Of a DNA stretch of 48,311 bases, positions 45,715 to 48,311 are shown piece by piece. A program made the translations under genes and the position numbers. Position 1 is the first letter of the stretch. Each line of letters begins with the position of its first letter. The notes beneath the pieces are model-generated. The model saw only the letters and a list, made by a program, of their open reading frames with translations, ran no database searches and was not told the DNA's origin. Location: positions 1-48,311 of the forward strand of contig VBJV01000011.1 of assembly GCA_005879785.1 (NCBI GenBank), in the 5' to 3' direction. This DNA is from Chloroflexota bacterium. Lineage in GTDB: Bacteria; Chloroflexota; Dormibacteria; Aeolococcales; Aeolococcaceae.

Positions 45715-46881
45715 TCAGACCTGGTAGATGTATGCAGCCCCAACGTTACCGTTGGTTGCCGGGGCACCCATGACAGCAATCGAGTCAAGGATCGCCTTCG
45801 AGCTAGCGAATCCGTCACGTTTGCCGCCCGGATTGGTCACGAGCTCGTTTGGCTTGCGGGGCCATCCGTGTTTCTTCTCGAAATAAACGTAGGCGCGCCC
45901 ATACTCTGAAATGATCGCTGTCCCCTGGTCGACCGATGCCAAGCCGAAATAGCCGCCTTCAGCTTTCGTGTAGATGTAGGCAGCGCCTCTGTACGAATCC
46001 GTTCCGGCGGCTCCAATGATCATTGTGTCGCCAGACACAGTGAGCGAGGCGCCGAAGAGGTCGCCTTGAGTTGAAACAGGATCGTAGAGGCTGATCGTTG
46101 GTGTGGACGGCCATCCGCTCGTACCACGTGAGTAGATGTAGGCAAAACCCGGATAGCCTGGCGCGCCACAGCCGCATGCGCCAACCACCGCGGTTGCACC
46201 GGAAAGAGCCACTGATAAGGCGAAAAGGTCACGAGGTGGCCCTGGATTGGGCAAGGTCGCAGTTGGAGAGGCCGGCCAGCCTGATGCTGCTCTGGAGTAG
46301 AGATAAGCGGCCCCAGGAAACGGCCCACCGGCTCCGTACGCGCCGACGAGCGCCGTGTTTCCGGAGACTGCAACAGCCACGCCGAAGCCGTCCCCGCCGG
46401 TCGCCTCCGGATCGTGGAGCGTCACGGTTGGCGAGGCCGGCCAACCGGACGAGGTATGCGAATACACATAGGCGATGCCACTGGTCGAACTGAATTGGTA
46501 GTCACCCACAACCAGCGTGGGCCCCGAGAGAGCCACCGACCAACCGAATGTACCGCGTGGCAAGCCAGCAGGATCGGTGAGGGTGACCGTCGGTGTCCGC
46601 GGCCAGCCGCTCGCGCTCTGCTCGTAAATGTAGACATGGCCAACGCCATTGAATCCAGGCTCACCGATCACCACGGTGTGCGGGGATATGCCGACGGAGT
46701 AGCCGAAGCCGTCGCCGGGCAAGCCTTCGGGGTCGCGGAGTTCGGCGAGCAGTAATGGGCCTCCCGACGCGCGTAGCGAGGCCGTTGACGCCGCGGCGGC
46801 CGGCGGTGCCACATGGACAGCCGCGATCAACAGGAGCGCGACAAGGGTCACGGAACATGCACGCGGCATCCTGCTCGGCAC
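45715..46881 (-). CDS. Secreted FG-GAP-like repeat beta-propeller protein
   Basis: GGAGG lies 9 nt before GTG 46881, followed by a signal peptide. Six or seven ~50-aa repeats have the form L.DP....GD.FG.SVA.SG.T.VVGA.....G.AY.Y.....GWP..PT.T. G+C is clearly lower than in the neighbours. Confidence 0.75.
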   Translation of the reverse strand: MPSRMPRACSVTLVALLLIAAVHVAPPAAAASTASLRASGGPLLLAELRDPEGLPGDGFGYSVGISPHTVVIGEPGFNGVGHVYIYEQSASGWPRTPTVTLTDPAGLPRGTFGWSVALSGPTLVVGDYQFSSTSGIAYVYSHTSSGWPASPTVTLHDPEATGGDGFGVAVAVSGNTALVGAYGAGGPFPGAAYLYSRAASGWPASPTATLPNPGPPRDLFALSVALSGATAVVGACGCGAPGYPGFAYIYSRGTSGWPSTPTISLYDPVSTQGDLFGASLTVSGDTMIIGAAGTDSYRGAAYIYTKAEGGYFGLASVDQGTAIISEYGRAYVYFEKKHGWPRKPNELVTNPGGKRDGFASSKAILDSIAVMGAPATNGNVGAAYIYQV

Positions 46882-46903
46882 GCTAACGAGCCTCCAAGTC
46901 AGT

Positions 46904-48311
46904 TCAATTTCGGGTTCGACTCGGTCTTACTGATGGCCGTTTCCGCGCCATTACGAAGGCAAGCGAGCCGGTGGGGGCTAGAACAAGCAGCGGCACCCAC
47001 GGCGCTTCCGGCGTCTGCACCGGGGTGAGGTCAGCAAACACGTCGAGCCAGTGGCGGGTGCCGTCGGCGTCGAGCCAGCCGCGCGTGTTGCGGTCCGGTC
47101 CGCCGGGCTGCGCGCGGCCGGACAGGGACATCCACTGTGCCGGGGTGATCACGGTTCCGTCGGCGAGCTCGACCGCGGTTGCCGGGCCGCTGGCCGTGAA
47201 CGTCAGGCTGACGCTGCAGCCGATGGACGGTGGCGTGCCCAGCGGGTCGCGCGACAGCGTGCCTGCGGGAAGGACGTAACGCCCCTGCGCGATGTCCTCC
47301 GGTGGCGCGGCCGCACCGTCGAGATTGTCGAGCAGCGCGGCCGCCGCCGCGCCGACCACGTCGCCGGCATCGGAGCTCGCCGACTCGGAGTCGTCGGAAT
47401 GCCCGCAACCGAAGCGGTCGGTGGCATCCGCGGAGGGGTTGGTGGTCGGGTACTCGCCGGGGACGCCGATGCCGTTGCCGCACGGGAAGATGTAGCCGAT
47501 CATGTCCTCGCCGAGTCCGTCGATGAAGCGGTATGCGGTGTGCATGTGCGGGAGCAGCCACGGTGGCAGTGCGTACGGGTTCCCGGTCGCGCACGTGACC
47601 GCCGGATTGGGTGTGCCGCCGCAATCGCCGCCGGCGTTCGGGTCGGGACACGGCATGTCATCGGGGCCGAGGAAGCTGCGCAGGTACGTGAAGGGGAACA
47701 CCTCGCCGGGTATGGACACGAAGCTCCCGTCGCCGACGCGAAACGCTGCCACCTCGCTCTTGATGTATGTCGCGGTGGTGTTGCCGGTGGGCGGCAGCGG
47801 CGCCGGCACGGTGCAGTTCGGGTCCGCGTAACCGGGACGCGCGCCGAAGACGCCGGCGATGCCGGCAACGTCGAAGAGCGCGTTGGTGACCTGGAAGCAG
47901 ATGTCACTGCGCGAGCCCTCGACAACGGTGCTCGACGACGGCGTGCCGCTCTGCAGCGCCGTCGACACCGCGGTCGCGAGCTGCTGCCCGAGCACCTTGG
48001 TCTCGCTGTAGTAGCCCAGCGGCACCTCCGTGCTCTGGTCGGCGAGGAACAGTGTGCGACAGCCGGCCGGGTGGCCCGCGCTGACGAACTGCTGGGGAAT
48101 GCGGCTCACCGCAGACGGGAAGACCTGCGGTGTCTCGTTGCTCCCCACCGAGCCCGCCATCTCCAGGGCGACCCCGCCGTAGGTCTGCTCGAGCGAATTG
48201 CGGAACCAGTACGGCCAGTCCGCGCTGAGCCACGTCTTCTCCTGCTCGAGCGTCGTCGCCGCCGGAGCGCCCGGGTCGGCGGCTCCGCCGCCGTCGAAGC
48301 CGAGCGTCTCG
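46904..48311 (-). CDS. Hypothetical secreted/membrane-anchored protein, 3' part (5' end outside the window); Cys-rich, with a C-terminal hydrophobic anchor
   Basis: I translated the frame of track ORF 46904..48160 upstream by hand and found no stop up to the window edge (...ETLGFDGGGAADPGAPAATTLEQEKTWLSADWPYWFRNSLEQTYGGVALEMAGS...). The C-terminus is PEAPWVPLLVLAPTGSLAFVMARKR. No family confidently recognised. Confidence 0.6.
   Translation of the reverse strand, partial: ETLGFDGGGAADPGAPAATTLEQEKTWLSADWPYWFRNSLEQTYGGVALEMAGSVGSNETPQVFPSAVSRIPQQFVSAGHPAGCRTLFLADQSTEVPLGYYSETKVLGQQLATAVSTALQSGTPSSSTVVEGSRSDICFQVTNALFDVAGIAGVFGARPGYADPNCTVPAPLPPTGNTTATYIKSEVAAFRVGDGSFVSIPGEVFPFTYLRSFLGPDDMPCPDPNAGGDCGGTPNPAVTCATGNPYALPPWLLPHMHTAYRFIDGLGEDMIGYIFPCGNGIGVPGEYPTTNPSADATDRFGCGHSDDSESASSDAGDVVGAAAAALLDNLDGAAAPPEDIAQGRYVLPAGTLSRDPLGTPPSIGCSVSLTFTASGPATAVELADGTVITPAQWMSLSGRAQPGGPDRNTRGWLDADGTRHWLDVFADLTPVQTPEAPWVPLLVLAPTGSLAFVMARKRPSVRPSRTRN

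Noticed and set aside
1-48311. CRISPR arrays, tRNA/rRNA genes, IS elements, integrases, prophage or toxin-antitoxin/defence modules
   Set aside because: I saw no direct-repeat/spacer pattern, no T-loop-like GGTTCGAATCC elements in the few intergenic gaps, and no transposase-, recombinase-, reverse-transcriptase-, nuclease- or NTPase-type ORFs. Intergenic space is too small to hide such elements. A computational scan (tRNAscan-SE, Infernal, ISEScan, defence finders) should confirm this.

Overview
This is a 48.3-kb, very gene-dense, high-G+C bacterial chromosomal segment. Hand counts on sampled 60-nt stretches give about 80% G+C in hisG/hisZ and 52-58% in the one clearly atypical gene. All calls come from reading the ORF translations and the DNA by eye; no searches were run. 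I recognise about 50 protein-coding genes and no rRNA, tRNA, CRISPR array, transposase or integrase. From left to right the window holds: a thioesterase-like gene (partial), a GNAT, a WYL regulator coupled to msrB, a convergent msrA, and a membrane PAS-GGDEF-EAL protein. Next come an orphan Liv-type binding lipoprotein, a divergent Liv-type ABC importer operon (minus strand), and a ZnuABC-Zur-like operon. A 12-gene translationally chained histidine supraoperon follows (AhpD-like, hisC, hisN, EamA transporter, hisZGDBHAFI), then Nudix and MBL hydrolases. A complete classical menaquinone set is present (menE / menB-A-C-D / menF-menG); its menG-menF arm is chained to a WS/DGAT, a small catalase-related haem protein and two tiny membrane proteins. 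The right end (37-48.3 kb) looks more accessory. It is rich in secreted beta-propeller proteins (BNR/sialidase-like, PQQ-like, FG-GAP, one with a choice-of-anchor-D-like Ig domain) and also carries an amidase and an alpha/beta-hydrolase-class III nucleotide cyclase. My lineage guess is Actinomycetota-like or another deep high-GC terrabacterial group, based on HisN, WS/DGAT, leaderless-looking starts and many GTG/TTG starts. Against that, the hisZGDBHAFI order is Bacillus-like and HisG is the short form. The most notable observations are four. (i) ATGA/GTGA start/stop overlaps are pervasive and chain up to 12 genes. (ii) Four conserved genes (GGDEF-EAL sensor, livF-like, menA, an epoxide-hydrolase-like gene) are broken, three by what look like short out-of-frame internal deletions. 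(iii) The WS/DGAT-catalase-like-menG-menF coupling is unexpected. (iv) A low-GC FG-GAP gene sits inside the secreted-propeller cluster. I did not find a convincing self-contained novel system: no defence-, CRISPR-, retron-, TA- or secretion-system-like module. The candidates listed are context-based hypotheses.
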